Assembly (NCBI GenBank): GCA_963678065.2
Contig: CAXXVZ010000004.1
Coordinates: 576,001 to 640,000 of the forward strand
Length of the DNA stretch: 64,000 bases
Source: Treponemataceae bacterium
GTDB lineage: Bacteria > Spirochaetota > Spirochaetia > Treponematales > Rectinemataceae
Direction: 5' to 3'
Shown piece by piece: positions 1-9,895 of this stretch. The notes under the pieces are model-generated. The model did not search any database. It was not told where the DNA came from and saw only the letters and a program-made list of their open reading frames with translations. Every line of letters begins with the position of its first letter. Within the stretch, counting starts at the first letter, position 1. The translations under genes and the position numbers were made by a program.

Positions 1-687
1 AAAGGAGGAAGCGATATGGCCGAGCCCCGACAGGGCGAGGGCGTCGGTGAAAGGGCTGGCCGCCCGCGACATCCACGACTCGAGGAGTTGGGTGAGCGCG
101 TCCATGCCGGAGGCGGCGCTGACGGTCCTGGGGCAGGACAGCTGCAGCTCGGGATCGAGAAAAACCTTGTCAGGGACGAAGTTGTCGTGACGTATCGACT
201 TCTTGAACCCGCCCTCCCCCGGTCGGGAAAGTACGGCGTTCGTCGTCGCCTCGCTGCCGGTGCCGGCAGTCGTCGGCACGCAGACGAGTGGAAGCCTGCG
301 GCCATCGGGCTTGCGGGAGCCGACAGTCTCAAGGTAGTCGAATATGGAACCTTCGAGGCAGGCTCCCGCGGCGGAGGCCTTGCCCGCGTCCATGACCGAT
401 CCTCCTCCGATGGCGAGGATGCCGTCGAAGCCGTCCGACTTCACTGCAGAGGAAATCGCGTCGACGTTTTCGGGGGAGGGCTCGCCAGAAACCACGGCGT
501 GGCCGAAGGCGATGCCGGCAGCGGCGAGCCCTGCCTCTATCCGGGGACGCAGGGGTTCGTCGGCGAAATGGCTGCCTGTCACGATCATCGCGCGCGCAAC
601 CCCGAGAGAACGGAGTGCGGCGGGGATGCCGGAAACGCAGCCGGCTCCGGCTTGGAGGGCGGGTACTCTCAGGTTCGCGAATTTCAT
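1..687 (-). CDS. Iron-containing alcohol dehydrogenase (3' end runs off the window)
   Basis: Not in the ORF track. Manual translation gives MKFANLRVPALQAGAG...GEPSPENV...ILAIGGGSVMDAGKA...VPTTAGTGSEATTNAV...GMDALTQLLE, which are Fe-ADH motifs. AGGAGA RBS at 695-700. Confidence 0.9.
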   Translation of the reverse strand, partial: MKFANLRVPALQAGAGCVSGIPAALRSLGVARAMIVTGSHFADEPLRPRIEAGLAAAGIAFGHAVVSGEPSPENVDAISSAVKSDGFDGILAIGGGSVMDAGKASAAGACLEGSIFDYLETVGSRKPDGRRLPLVCVPTTAGTGSEATTNAVLSRPGEGGFKKSIRHDNFVPDKVFLDPELQLSCPRTVSAASGMDALTQLLESWMSRAASPFTDALALSGLGHIASSF

Positions 688-806
688 AGGCACATCTCCT
701 CGACGATCGGGCAGGCTTCACTCCCTTCCCAATTCCTTCTATATCTTTTTTATGATACCGGAAAACACGGGGACAGTGCAGCGGTCTTTCGGTCTCCATC
801 GGGTAG

Positions 807-835
807 TTGAATCACAGCATAAATTGCACTATACT
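807..835 (+). promoter_or_regulatory. Sigma70-type promoter for fusA
   Basis: TTGAAT(807-812)-17 nt-TATACT(830-835). Confidence 0.6.
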
Positions 836-1013
836 GGATATAGATTAATGGTTTTCCGAAAAACGGGGGAAAACCGCACGGCTTTCAACTGGGATTGTCC
901 CTGGTGGCGATTCATCGTCCCATGCGGACCATGATACAAAAAAACCCAAGGGACAGCTCATAAAAGCCCACACGACAGGGCAATCCAAGGTAACAGGAGA
1001 GGTAGGGACCCAC

Positions 1014-3107
1014 ATGGCCAATGATATCCACCTGATGCGCAATATCGGCATCAGCGCGCACATCGACTCGGGCAAGACCACGCTTTCCGAGCGTATTCTT
1101 TTCTACTGCAACAAGATTCACGCCATCCACGAAGTGAAGGGCAAGGATGGGGCCGGAGCCACGATGGACTCCATGGACCTCGAACGCGAGCGCGGCATCA
1201 CCATCCAGTCCGCGGCCACCAATGTCCAGTGGAAAGACTTCAACATCAACCTGATCGACACACCCGGACACGTCGACTTCACCATCGAGGTCGAACGTTC
1301 CCTGCGCGTTCTCGACGGCGCCATCCTCGTCCTCTGCGCGGTCGGCGGAGTCCAGTCTCAGTCCATCACGGTAGACCGCCAGCTCAAGCGCTACCACGTT
1401 CCCCGCCTCGCCTTCATCAACAAGTGCGACCGGACCGGGGCCAATCCCTTCAAAGTCAAGGCCCAACTCAACGAGAAGCTCGGACTGAACCCAGTCTTCA
1501 TGACCCTCCCCATCGGCCTCGAGGACAAGCTTGAGGGCATCATCGACCTCATCGAAATGAAGGCCATATACTTCGACGGGGACGCCGGCACCGAGCTCCG
1601 CTACGCCGAGATTCCCGGCCACCTCATCGCCGATGCCGAGCGCTACCGCGAGGAGCTCATCGACTCCGCCTCCCTGTTCTCGGACGAGCTCGCCGAAGCC
1701 TACCTCGAAGGCGAAGTCAGCAACGACATGATAGTCCGCGCCGTGCGCACAGGCTGCATCGCCGAGCAGCTCGTGCCAGTCTTCGTCGGCTCTGCCTACA
1801 AGAACAAGGGCGTCCAGATCCTCCTGGACGGCGTCGCGAGCTACCTGCCCGACCCCACCGAAGTCAAAAACGTCGCCCTCGACCTCGACGACGGCGAGAA
1901 GGAAATCATCCTCGCCCCCGATCCTGCCGCCAAGACCGTCGCCCTCGGCTTCAAGCTCGAGGACGGCCAGTACGGCCAGCTCACCTACGTGCGCATCTAC
2001 CAGGGCGACCTCCACAAGGGATCGGAACTCTACAACACCCGCTCGCGCAAGCGCTTCAAGGTCGGCCGCCTCGTGCGCATGCACGCCAACACCATGGAAG
2101 ACATCACCCAGGGCGAGTGCGGCGATATCGTCGCGCTCTTCGGGATCGAATGCGCCTCCGGCGACACCTTCTGCCACCCCGACCTCAATGTGGCCATGAC
2201 CTCCATGTACGTTCCCGAGCCGGTCATCTCCCTCGCCATCGAGCCCAAGGACAAGAAGTCCTCCGACCAGATGGGAAAGGCCCTCAACAGGTTCACCAAG
2301 GAGGATCCCACCTTCCAGACCTTCGTCGACCCCGAGTCCAACCAGACCATAATCAAAGGCATGGGCGAACTCCACCTCGAAGTCTACATCGAGCGCATGA
2401 AGCGCGAGTACAAGTGCGAGGTCGAGGTGGGAATGCCCCAGGTAGCCTACCGCGAGGCCATCACCCAGCGCGCGGACTTCAACTACACGCACAAGAAACA
2501 GACGGGCGGTTCCGGTCAGTACGGCCGCGTAGCCGGCTTCATCGAGCCGGCTACGGAAAAAAACTACGAGTTCGTCAACATGGTCAAGGGCGGCGCCATC
2601 CCCAACGAGTTCATCCCCAGCTGCGAGAAGGGATTCAAGGCTGCCCTCGAGAAGGGTTCCCTCATCGGATTCCCCATCGTCAACACGAAGTGCGTGGTGA
2701 ACGACGGGCAGAGCCATGCCGTGGACTCCTCGGACATCGCCTTCCAGCTCGCCGCGATCGGCGCCTTCCGCGAAGCCTACCTCAAGGCCAAACCCGTCAT
2801 CCTCGAACCCATCATGAAGGTGGCCATCGAGGGACCGACAGAGTTCCAGGGAAACATCTTCGGCACTATCAACCAGCGCCGCGGCCTCATCACCTCGAGC
2901 ACGGAAGACGGCACCTTCTGCAAGGTCGAAGCCGAGGTCCCGCTCTCCGAAATGTTCGGCTTCTCCACCATCCTGCGCTCCCTGACCCAGGGCAAGGCCG
3001 AATTCAGCATGGAGTTCGAGAAATACGGCAGGGTGCCGACTTCGGTTTCCGAGCAGCTCCGCAAGGACTATGAAGACAAGCGCAGGAAAGAGCAACAGCA
3101 GAGATAA
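1014..3107 (+). CDS. fusA: Elongation factor G (stand-alone, spirochaete-type)
   Basis: [42 protein letters not shown] and [12 protein letters not shown] motifs; 697 aa. Confidence 0.97.
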   Translation: MANDIHLMRNIGISAHIDSGKTTLSERILFYCNKIHAIHEVKGKDGAGATMDSMDLERERGITIQSAATNVQWKDFNINLIDTPGHVDFTIEVERSLRVLDGAILVLCAVGGVQSQSITVDRQLKRYHVPRLAFINKCDRTGANPFKVKAQLNEKLGLNPVFMTLPIGLEDKLEGIIDLIEMKAIYFDGDAGTELRYAEIPGHLIADAERYREELIDSASLFSDELAEAYLEGEVSNDMIVRAVRTGCIAEQLVPVFVGSAYKNKGVQILLDGVASYLPDPTEVKNVALDLDDGEKEIILAPDPAAKTVALGFKLEDGQYGQLTYVRIYQGDLHKGSELYNTRSRKRFKVGRLVRMHANTMEDITQGECGDIVALFGIECASGDTFCHPDLNVAMTSMYVPEPVISLAIEPKDKKSSDQMGKALNRFTKEDPTFQTFVDPESNQTIIKGMGELHLEVYIERMKREYKCEVEVGMPQVAYREAITQRADFNYTHKKQTGGSGQYGRVAGFIEPATEKNYEFVNMVKGGAIPNEFIPSCEKGFKAALEKGSLIGFPIVNTKCVVNDGQSHAVDSSDIAFQLAAIGAFREAYLKAKPVILEPIMKVAIEGPTEFQGNIFGTINQRRGLITSSTEDGTFCKVEAEVPLSEMFGFSTILRSLTQGKAEFSMEFEKYGRVPTSVSEQLRKDYEDKRRKEQQQR

Positions 3108-3180
3108 AGCATAGTCGATGAAACGATCCGGGGAAGGACGTAAGGCGCACTACCTTTTTATGTCTTTCTCCGGATTTTCT

Positions 3181-3209
3181 TTGATCGAAACCGAAAACAC
3201 TACTATACT
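3181..3209 (+). promoter_or_regulatory. Sigma70-type promoter
   Basis: TTGATC-17 nt-TATACT upstream of ORF 3283. Confidence 0.55.
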
Positions 3210-3282
3210 GGAAATGAGAGCGCGGCTGTTCCGATCCTGAAGATCAGCGGCCGACCGCATCCTCCACAGAAAAGGAGTTCCC

Positions 3283-3990
3283 ATGCTGAAAGAGGAGCTT
3301 ATCGCCAAGAGTCCTGTGCGCCTTCTGGAGCAATCCATCGAAGGCGGTCTGAAAGCAGGCAATATTGGCGTCATCGCAAGCCGCAAAGGCATCGGCAAGA
3401 CAAGCGTACTCGTCCAGCTCGCACTGGACGAGCTCATGCAGGGCAAGAAGGTCATCCACGTTTCCTTCTCCGCGCATACAAGCTATGTTATTGCTTGGTA
3501 TGAGAATATTTTTTCAGAACTCGCCAAGAGGCGCAATCTCGAAAACCTGGGCGACATAAAGGACGAACTCGTAAAGAACCGGGTGATCATGAACTTTGCC
3601 CAGGAAGGCGTGGCCATCAGCCAGATCCTGCGCTCCCTCAAAGCCATGATCGTCGACGGCGGCTTCAAGGCTTCCACCCTCATCATCGACGGATTCGACT
3701 TCGCCCGGGCCACCCACGACCAGATCGCCGAAGTCAAGCGCTTCGCCGTAGAAATGGGCCTGGAAATCTGGTACTCCTCCACCCTCTTCGGCGAGGAACC
3801 CGTGCTCGACAAGAACAACATTCCCATCATCCTCCGCGAATACCTGGATCTTCTCTCCGTCCTCATCCTCCTCGAGCCCAAGGCCGAGTACATCCACTTC
3901 ACGGTGGTCAAGGATCATGACCGGATGAATCCCCAGGATCTCAAGCTCAAGCTCGACTCCAAGACCCTCCTCATCGCCGAGACGGTCTGA
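3283..3990 (+). CDS. RecA/KaiC/DnaB-like P-loop protein of unknown function
   Basis: GGLKAGNIGVIASRKGIGKTS (variant Walker A) and LIIDG (Walker B); AGGAG RBS. Confidence 0.7.
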   Translation: MLKEELIAKSPVRLLEQSIEGGLKAGNIGVIASRKGIGKTSVLVQLALDELMQGKKVIHVSFSAHTSYVIAWYENIFSELAKRRNLENLGDIKDELVKNRVIMNFAQEGVAISQILRSLKAMIVDGGFKASTLIIDGFDFARATHDQIAEVKRFAVEMGLEIWYSSTLFGEEPVLDKNNIPIILREYLDLLSVLILLEPKAEYIHFTVVKDHDRMNPQDLKLKLDSKTLLIAETV

Positions 3991-4052
3991 TTTCTGAAAT
4001 GGACGGAGCCGCGAGGCTCTGCAGGCCTTCTCTGGGAACGGGAAGGAGAACA

Positions 4053-4097
4053 AAAGAGGCTGTCCGCGACGCGTGTCCGGACAGCCTCTCTCTTTTT
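4053..4097. terminator. Bidirectional intrinsic terminator between convergent genes
   Basis: AAAAGAGGCTGTCC...GGACAGCCTCTCTCTTTT inverted repeat with A/T flanks. Confidence 0.65.
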
Positions 4098-4187
4098 ACC
4101 CGTTGACCGCGCGGGCTACGTTCCCGCGACTCGTGCAGGGCAGGAATAACGCGCGCGACTGGTCCGCGCAGCGCGGAAACATCGCTC

Positions 4188-5006
4188 TCAGTCTTCCTTG
4201 CAGAACAAAATTTCGGCCCCCGCGGCCAGGCGTGATGCGGGAAGGCCGACTTCACCCCCGAGCAGGCGATCGAGTATCGCAGCCTTGTCTCTGCCCCGCA
4301 CGAGGAAGACCCTTTTCGTACTCGGAGAGGCCGACAAGGCCCGGTACGTGAGAGTCATTCTCCTGTGAGGAGCAAGAGGGGAAAGCGAGGGAGCGGCGAG
4401 GCGGAGCTTTTCGTCGAGGACAGGTTCGCCAGGGAAGAGGCTCGCCGTGTGGCCATCAGCGCCGAGACCGAGGAGGACAAGGTCGAAGACGGGATCGACG
4501 CCGAGCTTCTCGCGCAGCAGGGAAGCGTAGGACTCGCAGGCCGCATCGATCCTGCGAACGGGATCGACCTCGCGCGAGTCGACCTTGTCTCTGCTGCGGT
4601 CGGAATGGGCTCTGTCATCCGGTTTGTTGCCCGCTTCTTCGGCCGGATCGATTTCAGGCCAGAGAAGGAGTTCGGGCCGGGGCGACCATACGCAATTCTC
4701 CCAGGCGCGCGCGATGGACATCCCGTTTCGCGCCGGATCATCGGCGGGGACAACCCTCTCGTCGCCGGGCCAGAGGCGGACTCTGATTCCACGGAAAGCC
4801 CCTGCGAGTTCCGGGTCGACCGACAGGTCGGCATAGACCGCGAGGGGCGTCGATCCCCCGGCGAGGCAGATATCGATGGATCCGGTGCCGGACAAAGGGG
4901 CCATACGGTCTGACACCCGGGACTCGGCGAGGCTGGCCGTGTGGAGAAATACCTCCCGTATCGCCTGGTACCACGAGTCCCGGTCGGGGAAGGTGCGCAG
5001 GTTCAT
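4188..5006 (-). CDS. pgl: 6-phosphogluconolactonase
   Basis: LAGGSTP, GDERVVP, FDLVLLGLGADGHTASLFP and RMTLT motifs; overlaps the zwf stop. Confidence 0.9.
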   Translation of the reverse strand: MNLRTFPDRDSWYQAIREVFLHTASLAESRVSDRMAPLSGTGSIDICLAGGSTPLAVYADLSVDPELAGAFRGIRVRLWPGDERVVPADDPARNGMSIARAWENCVWSPRPELLLWPEIDPAEEAGNKPDDRAHSDRSRDKVDSREVDPVRRIDAACESYASLLREKLGVDPVFDLVLLGLGADGHTASLFPGEPVLDEKLRLAAPSLSPLAPHRRMTLTYRALSASPSTKRVFLVRGRDKAAILDRLLGGEVGLPASRLAAGAEILFCKED

Positions 5007-6616
5007 GACCGCGTACGGTGGGAGCCAGGCAGGTCGAGAGGAGGAGATCCGGCGGGGTACTGGATGAGCGGGACATCGGCCGCTCCCGCCCAGGCCGCCT
5101 CCAAGGCATCCACGACCCGCCAGGCCTCGTCCGATTCGTCCGACCTGATGAACAGGGTCGAATCTCCTGCCAGCGCGTCAGCGATGAGCCTCTCGTAGGC
5201 CTCGGGAACATGCTCCCTGCCCGCGGAGCCCGAGAAGCTCAGATTGCCGAGCCGGATTCGCGAGGCTCCGGGGACCTTGCCGTTGAAGGATAGACAGACG
5301 TCGTCGTCGGGCTGGATGCGGACGATCAACCTGTTGGGCGCGAGCCGGTCCCCGCAGTGGGCGGCAAATAAGGTCGCCGGCGGTCTCTTGAAATTCACCG
5401 TGATCTCGCTCGAGACACGGTCGAGGGCCTTGCCCGTCCTTAGCGTGATCGGAACGCCGGAAAAGCGCCAGTTGTCGAGCTCGATCCTGAGACCCGCAAA
5501 GGTTTCGGTCATGGAATCGGCCGCGACTTTCTCTTCCTCGCGGTAGCCGCGCACTGCGGGAGCCTGGTCCCCTGCTGAAATGGGAGACCGGGAAGAGGCC
5601 GCATACTGCCCGCGCACCGATCTCGCGACGAAAGCCGGCGGGTCGTAGTCGGGTATCGCCTTCAGAACCTTCACCTTCTCGTCGCGGATGGCTTCCGGAT
5701 CGAGGCTGGAGGGCGGCTCCATGGCGATGAGGCAGAGGAGCTGGACGAGGTGGTTCTGCAGCATGTCGCGCGCGGCGCCCGCGGTGTCGTAGTAGCCTCC
5801 GCGGGAACCGATGCCGCTCGTCTCGAAGACGTCGATATCGATGGATTCGATGTGGTTCCGATTCCACAGGGGCTCGAAAATAGCGTTGGCGAAGCGGAGG
5901 TAGAGAAGGTTCTGCACCGTCTCCTTGCCGAGATAATGGTCGATGCGGAAAATGTCTTTTTCCCTGAATCGCTCCTGGAGGTGGCGGCTCAGCCGTCTCG
6001 AACTCTCCCTGTCGCGCCCGAAGGGCTTTTCGACGATGAGCCTGCGCCCTCCCGTCCCTGCGGCGCGATCGCTGTCGCCGTATGGCGCGCCTGTCGGCGC
6101 CGTGTCCCGCTCGGTCTCTTCACCGGCGGCGCCAGCGGTGCCCGTGCCCAGGCCAGCGCGTGCGAGCATGTCGGCTATCGTCGCGAAGAGGTCGGGGCCG
6201 ACCGCGAGATAGAAGAGTGCGTTGGCCGGCATGCCCGGCCGCGCGAGGAGAAAGGCGAGCCTCCTGTAGGCCGTGGGGTCCGAGAGATCTCCCTGTATAT
6301 AGGAGGTGGTCTTTCCGAGAGAATCGAGTGTCGCCTCTCCGGTAGCGGAGCGGGAGGGGAGCTTGCGCGAGAATTTTCGGCAGGAGTCCTTGAATACCGA
6401 CCTGAAATTCTCGTCGTCCCACTCGCGCCTGGCAAAACCGATTATGCGGGTACCAGCTGGAAGCAGACCATCCTCAGCCAAATTGTAGAGGGCGGGGAAT
6501 ATCTTGCGCATGGCGAGATCGCCCGTCGCCCCGAACACGACGATGCTGGCCGCCTCGGGCAGCAGCCCCGAATCTCCCAGGTCACATTCCTGATAGAAGT
6601 CGATGGATTCTTGCAT
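5003..6616 (-). CDS. zwf: Glucose-6-phosphate 1-dehydrogenase
   Basis: FGATGDLA, EKPFG, RIDHYLGKE and RDMLQNHL motifs. Confidence 0.97.
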   Translation of the reverse strand: MQESIDFYQECDLGDSGLLPEAASIVVFGATGDLAMRKIFPALYNLAEDGLLPAGTRIIGFARREWDDENFRSVFKDSCRKFSRKLPSRSATGEATLDSLGKTTSYIQGDLSDPTAYRRLAFLLARPGMPANALFYLAVGPDLFATIADMLARAGLGTGTAGAAGEETERDTAPTGAPYGDSDRAAGTGGRRLIVEKPFGRDRESSRRLSRHLQERFREKDIFRIDHYLGKETVQNLLYLRFANAIFEPLWNRNHIESIDIDVFETSGIGSRGGYYDTAGAARDMLQNHLVQLLCLIAMEPPSSLDPEAIRDEKVKVLKAIPDYDPPAFVARSVRGQYAASSRSPISAGDQAPAVRGYREEEKVAADSMTETFAGLRIELDNWRFSGVPITLRTGKALDRVSSEITVNFKRPPATLFAAHCGDRLAPNRLIVRIQPDDDVCLSFNGKVPGASRIRLGNLSFSGSAGREHVPEAYERLIADALAGDSTLFIRSDESDEAWRVVDALEAAWAGAADVPLIQYPAGSPPLDLPGSHRTRS

Positions 6617-6631
6617 CGACTAAATATACAG

Positions 6632-7768
6632 TCATTTCCGCTGCGCCGGGTACCAATGGAACCACTGTTCTTCGGCTCCGTTGACGATGCGCTTTTCCGT
6701 CGTGGCACTGCGGCCGAAGAAGTGTCCGAAATCCTGGCGATTGGTCACGAAACCCAAGCCCCATCCATCGAAGCGCCTGTACAGCGCCCCAAGCCGCCTG
6801 TAGAGCTCTTCGGCCTCGGCCGGAGTGCCGAGTCGCTCCCCGTAAGGCGGATTGCAGATGAGGCTTCCGGAAGACGCGAAGGGCTCTGCGTCCTCGGCCT
6901 GGCCGGAACTGAATTCCAGAAGGTCGCCCACGCCGGCGAGCCGGGCGTTGACTTTTGCCGCCGCGATGGCGTCGGGATCGGCGTCGGAAGCCCTTATCCT
7001 GAGGTCGACATCCATCCGGACGGCGGCCCTCGCCTTTTCGCGCTCGCTCCCCGGGCCGCTCCCCGAGGCAAAAGGCATGGATTCCAGCAGGAATCGCCTG
7101 CCGAGGCCGGGGGCCATGTCCAGGGCGAAGAGCGCAGCCTCGATGGCCAGGGTACCCGAACCGCAGAAGGGGTCCAGGAAGGCCTGCCGCCGCGTCCAGC
7201 CTGCGAGGAGAAGCGCCCCGGCGGCCACAGTCTCCTTGAGGGGTGCGGGGCCCGTGGCGCGCCTGTATCCGCGCTTGTGCAGGGCGTCTCCGGAGGAGTC
7301 CACTCCGACCGTGCAGATGTCCTTGTCCAGATAGATGCGGATGCCGGCCGAGAAGCCCGTCTCGGGCAGGCGTTGAACCTTGTAGGCGCGGCCGAGCCTC
7401 TCGTAGATCGCCTTGTGGGCAATCGACTGGACGGCAGTCTGGGCCGAGAGCTTCGAGTCCTTTATCCTCACCCGCTCGATGACGGGCGCGCCGTCGGATT
7501 TGAAATACAGCTCCCAGGGAATTGCGCGGGCGGACTCGAAGAGCTCGTCGAAATCACGGGCAGGGAAGGTTCCGGCCTCAATGAGGACGCGTTCGGCCGT
7601 CCTCAGCCAGAGATTGGCGCGTTCGAGAGAGACCGCCGGATCCTCGCCGAGATCGAAGCGGACCCTTCCGGCTTCCCTTCCGGTCTCCGGAAGACCGATC
7701 CTTTTTAACTCGGCGGCGCAGACACGTTCGAGTCCCAGGGCACACAGCGCTATTCCGTTTCGGGGCAT
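6632..7768 (-). CDS. THUMP-domain class I SAM-dependent RNA methyltransferase (RlmL/YpsC-like)
   Basis: SGDALHKRGYR, APLKETVAA, DPFCGSGT and NPPYGERL motifs; start chosen at MPRNGIALC. Confidence 0.88.
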   Translation of the reverse strand: MPRNGIALCALGLERVCAAELKRIGLPETGREAGRVRFDLGEDPAVSLERANLWLRTAERVLIEAGTFPARDFDELFESARAIPWELYFKSDGAPVIERVRIKDSKLSAQTAVQSIAHKAIYERLGRAYKVQRLPETGFSAGIRIYLDKDICTVGVDSSGDALHKRGYRRATGPAPLKETVAAGALLLAGWTRRQAFLDPFCGSGTLAIEAALFALDMAPGLGRRFLLESMPFASGSGPGSEREKARAAVRMDVDLRIRASDADPDAIAAAKVNARLAGVGDLLEFSSGQAEDAEPFASSGSLICNPPYGERLGTPAEAEELYRRLGALYRRFDGWGLGFVTNRQDFGHFFGRSATTEKRIVNGAEEQWFHWYPAQRK

Positions 7769-7913
7769 TTTCACGAGTGGCAGTATGCACCGGGACAGGA
7801 TTCGCAACAAGAGGCCGGGCGAACAGCAGGCGGCGAAGGCCACAGGACTGTCTGGTTTCCCATTCGGCATGAGGCGCTTTTCTTCGGATTTTTCTTCTTT
7901 TTCCCCGGATATA

Positions 7914-7943
7914 TTGACATCGGGCAGGGATTTCGGGTACTGT
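7914..7943 (+). promoter_or_regulatory. Promoter for tRNA-Ala
   Basis: TTGACA-18 nt-TACTGT with a T-rich UP-like tract upstream. Confidence 0.55.
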
Positions 7944-7958
7944 CATTTTGCTTCGAAC

Positions 7959-8031
7959 GGGGGTGTAGCTCAGTTGGTAGAGCGTTTGAATGGCATTCAA
8001 GAGGTCAGGGGTTCAATTCCCCTCACCTCCA
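7959..8031 (+). tRNA. tRNA-Ala(GGC), CCA not encoded
   Basis: GGGGGTG/CACCTCC acceptor stem with G3:U70, D arm TAGCTCAGTTGGTAGAGC, anticodon loop ATGGCAT, T arm GGTTCAATTCC. Confidence 0.96.
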
Positions 8032-8040
8032 CGATCAGGC

Positions 8041-8074
8041 AAGGCTGTCCATCGCGGACAGCCTTTTTTATTTT
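8041..8074 (+). terminator. Intrinsic terminator of tRNA-Ala
   Basis: AAGGCTGTCC-ATCGC-GGACAGCCTT followed by a T-tract. Confidence 0.85.
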
Positions 8075-8221
8075 CAGACCATAAACACAAGCTCCCGCGA
8101 GTGGGCGGGTCGTTGTCACGATCCGGCATTTTGTCGTAAACTCGATGGATACAGGACGTCTGCTCCGGCAGGATCCAGAGGATCCCGGCGAGGGCAGGCA
8201 GCTCTGCAACGGGAGCTGTGT

Positions 8222-9115
8222 GTGGAATCGATCAGAAGCAGATATGGCGAAATCATCAAGCGGATGCTGAAGGTTTCCCGCGGCAATCACTCTGTCACCG
8301 AGAAGAACGTCTTCCAGCCCGGGAACCCGGACAACCTGCCCTATATTGACTCCATCATCAGGGATCACATTCTGCCCGGATCAGGGCTCCGCGGCATCGA
8401 AAACCTGAAATCGCTCCACGAGGCCGCCTCTCATGGTGAATCCTGCCTCCTCCTCGTCGAGCATTATTCCAATTTCGACCTGCCCGTCTTCCACTACTTT
8501 TTGCGCGAGTCGGGGCCCGAGGGGACTACGATCGCGGATACGCTCATCGCGATTGCCGGAATCAAGCTGAGCGAAAGCAATCCCGCCGTCCTCGCCTTCA
8601 CGGAAACGTATTCACGGATCGTCATATATCCGAGCCGCTCCATAGAGATCATAAAGCGGAACCTCAAAGATCCCAAGGAACTCGTGACCGAGATGATGCG
8701 CAGCACCATGGTAAACCGCGCTGCGATGAAATCCATGTCCGAAGTGAAGAAAAACGGCAAGATAATCCTGGTATTCCCGGCCGGAACCCGGTACAGGCCC
8801 TGGGACCCCGAGAGCAAGAGGGGGGTTCGGGAGATCGATTCCTACATCAAGAGTTTCGACAAGATGTGCCTTGTCTCCATCAACGGAAACATCCTGAGGC
8901 TCAATCCTTCCGGCGCCATGGAAGACGACACTCTCCACTCCGACCGCATGGTTCTGAAAGCGGGCCCTGTACTCGACTGCGAAACCTACAGGGAAAAGGT
9001 GAAGCATGAACACCGCTTCCGCGACGACAAGAAACAGGCCGTCGTCGACCAGATCATGGCCGATCTCGACATCATGCACGAGGAAGTGGAGAAATACAGG
9101 CTGGATTCACAATGA
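8222..9115 (+). CDS. Glycerol-3-phosphate/lysophospholipid acyltransferase (spirochaete type)
   Basis: HYSNFD (HX4D) and VFPAGTRYRP acyltransferase blocks. Confidence 0.8.
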   Translation: MESIRSRYGEIIKRMLKVSRGNHSVTEKNVFQPGNPDNLPYIDSIIRDHILPGSGLRGIENLKSLHEAASHGESCLLLVEHYSNFDLPVFHYFLRESGPEGTTIADTLIAIAGIKLSESNPAVLAFTETYSRIVIYPSRSIEIIKRNLKDPKELVTEMMRSTMVNRAAMKSMSEVKKNGKIILVFPAGTRYRPWDPESKRGVREIDSYIKSFDKMCLVSINGNILRLNPSGAMEDDTLHSDRMVLKAGPVLDCETYREKVKHEHRFRDDKKQAVVDQIMADLDIMHEEVEKYRLDSQ

Positions 9116-9157
9116 CAGCTGCGGGGAGACGGGCATCTTTCCCGTCCCCCGGAAACC

Positions 9158-9790
9158 CTATTTTCTGAAAAATCTCTTGCCGGGATTTATGTTGAACCGC
9201 AGCACGAAGTAGACCCACCCGAAGCCGAAACCCGCAAGGTGGGCGAGATGCGCCACTGAACCGTTCACGCCGAAGACCTGAGAGAAGAGCTCGATCGCTG
9301 TGTACCCGAGGACGAGAATGGGTGCCCGCACGGGAAGAATCGCCCAGATATAGATTTCCGATTCGGGGAAAATAGTCGCATAGGCGAGAAGGACTGCGAA
9401 TACCGCGCCGGAAGCGCCGATGAGGGCCACGTTGTATGTCCCTGTAGCCAGATAGATTCCAAGAGAGAAAAGACCGGCGAGAAGGCCTGTGAGGAAGTAG
9501 TAGAGCGTGAACTCGCGGCTTCCGATCTGTCTCTCGACCTGCATCCCGAAAAAGAAAAGACCGAGCATGTTGAGCAGCAGATGGGACAGATTCGCGTGGA
9601 CGAACATGTAACTCAGGACCTGCCACACGTAACCCTGCAGCACCGCTCCGGGAATAAGAGCGAGGGAGAACTTGAGTTCCGGAAGAAGATATGTGAGGGC
9701 GAACACGAAGACGTTCGCCGCGATGATCCAGAGCGTGGCGTTGGTCATCGTGTAGCGGAAAGGGCGTCTCATCAGAGAATTGTGCAACAT
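9158..9790 (-). CDS. Rhomboid intramembrane serine protease
   Basis: HANLSHLLLNM, GASG and AHLAHLAG motifs; start uncertain (9772 or 9790). Confidence 0.92.
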   Translation of the reverse strand: MLHNSLMRRPFRYTMTNATLWIIAANVFVFALTYLLPELKFSLALIPGAVLQGYVWQVLSYMFVHANLSHLLLNMLGLFFFGMQVERQIGSREFTLYYFLTGLLAGLFSLGIYLATGTYNVALIGASGAVFAVLLAYATIFPESEIYIWAILPVRAPILVLGYTAIELFSQVFGVNGSVAHLAHLAGFGFGWVYFVLRFNINPGKRFFRK

Positions 9791-9895
9791 GAGTTCAGAG
9801 TACGAATAATCCGCGAAAACGGCAAGTATGGCGGGAGATTTTGCGCGTCGGAAAACCTTCATTCCATGCGGCGTGGCCCCTGCCCCATCCCCGGA

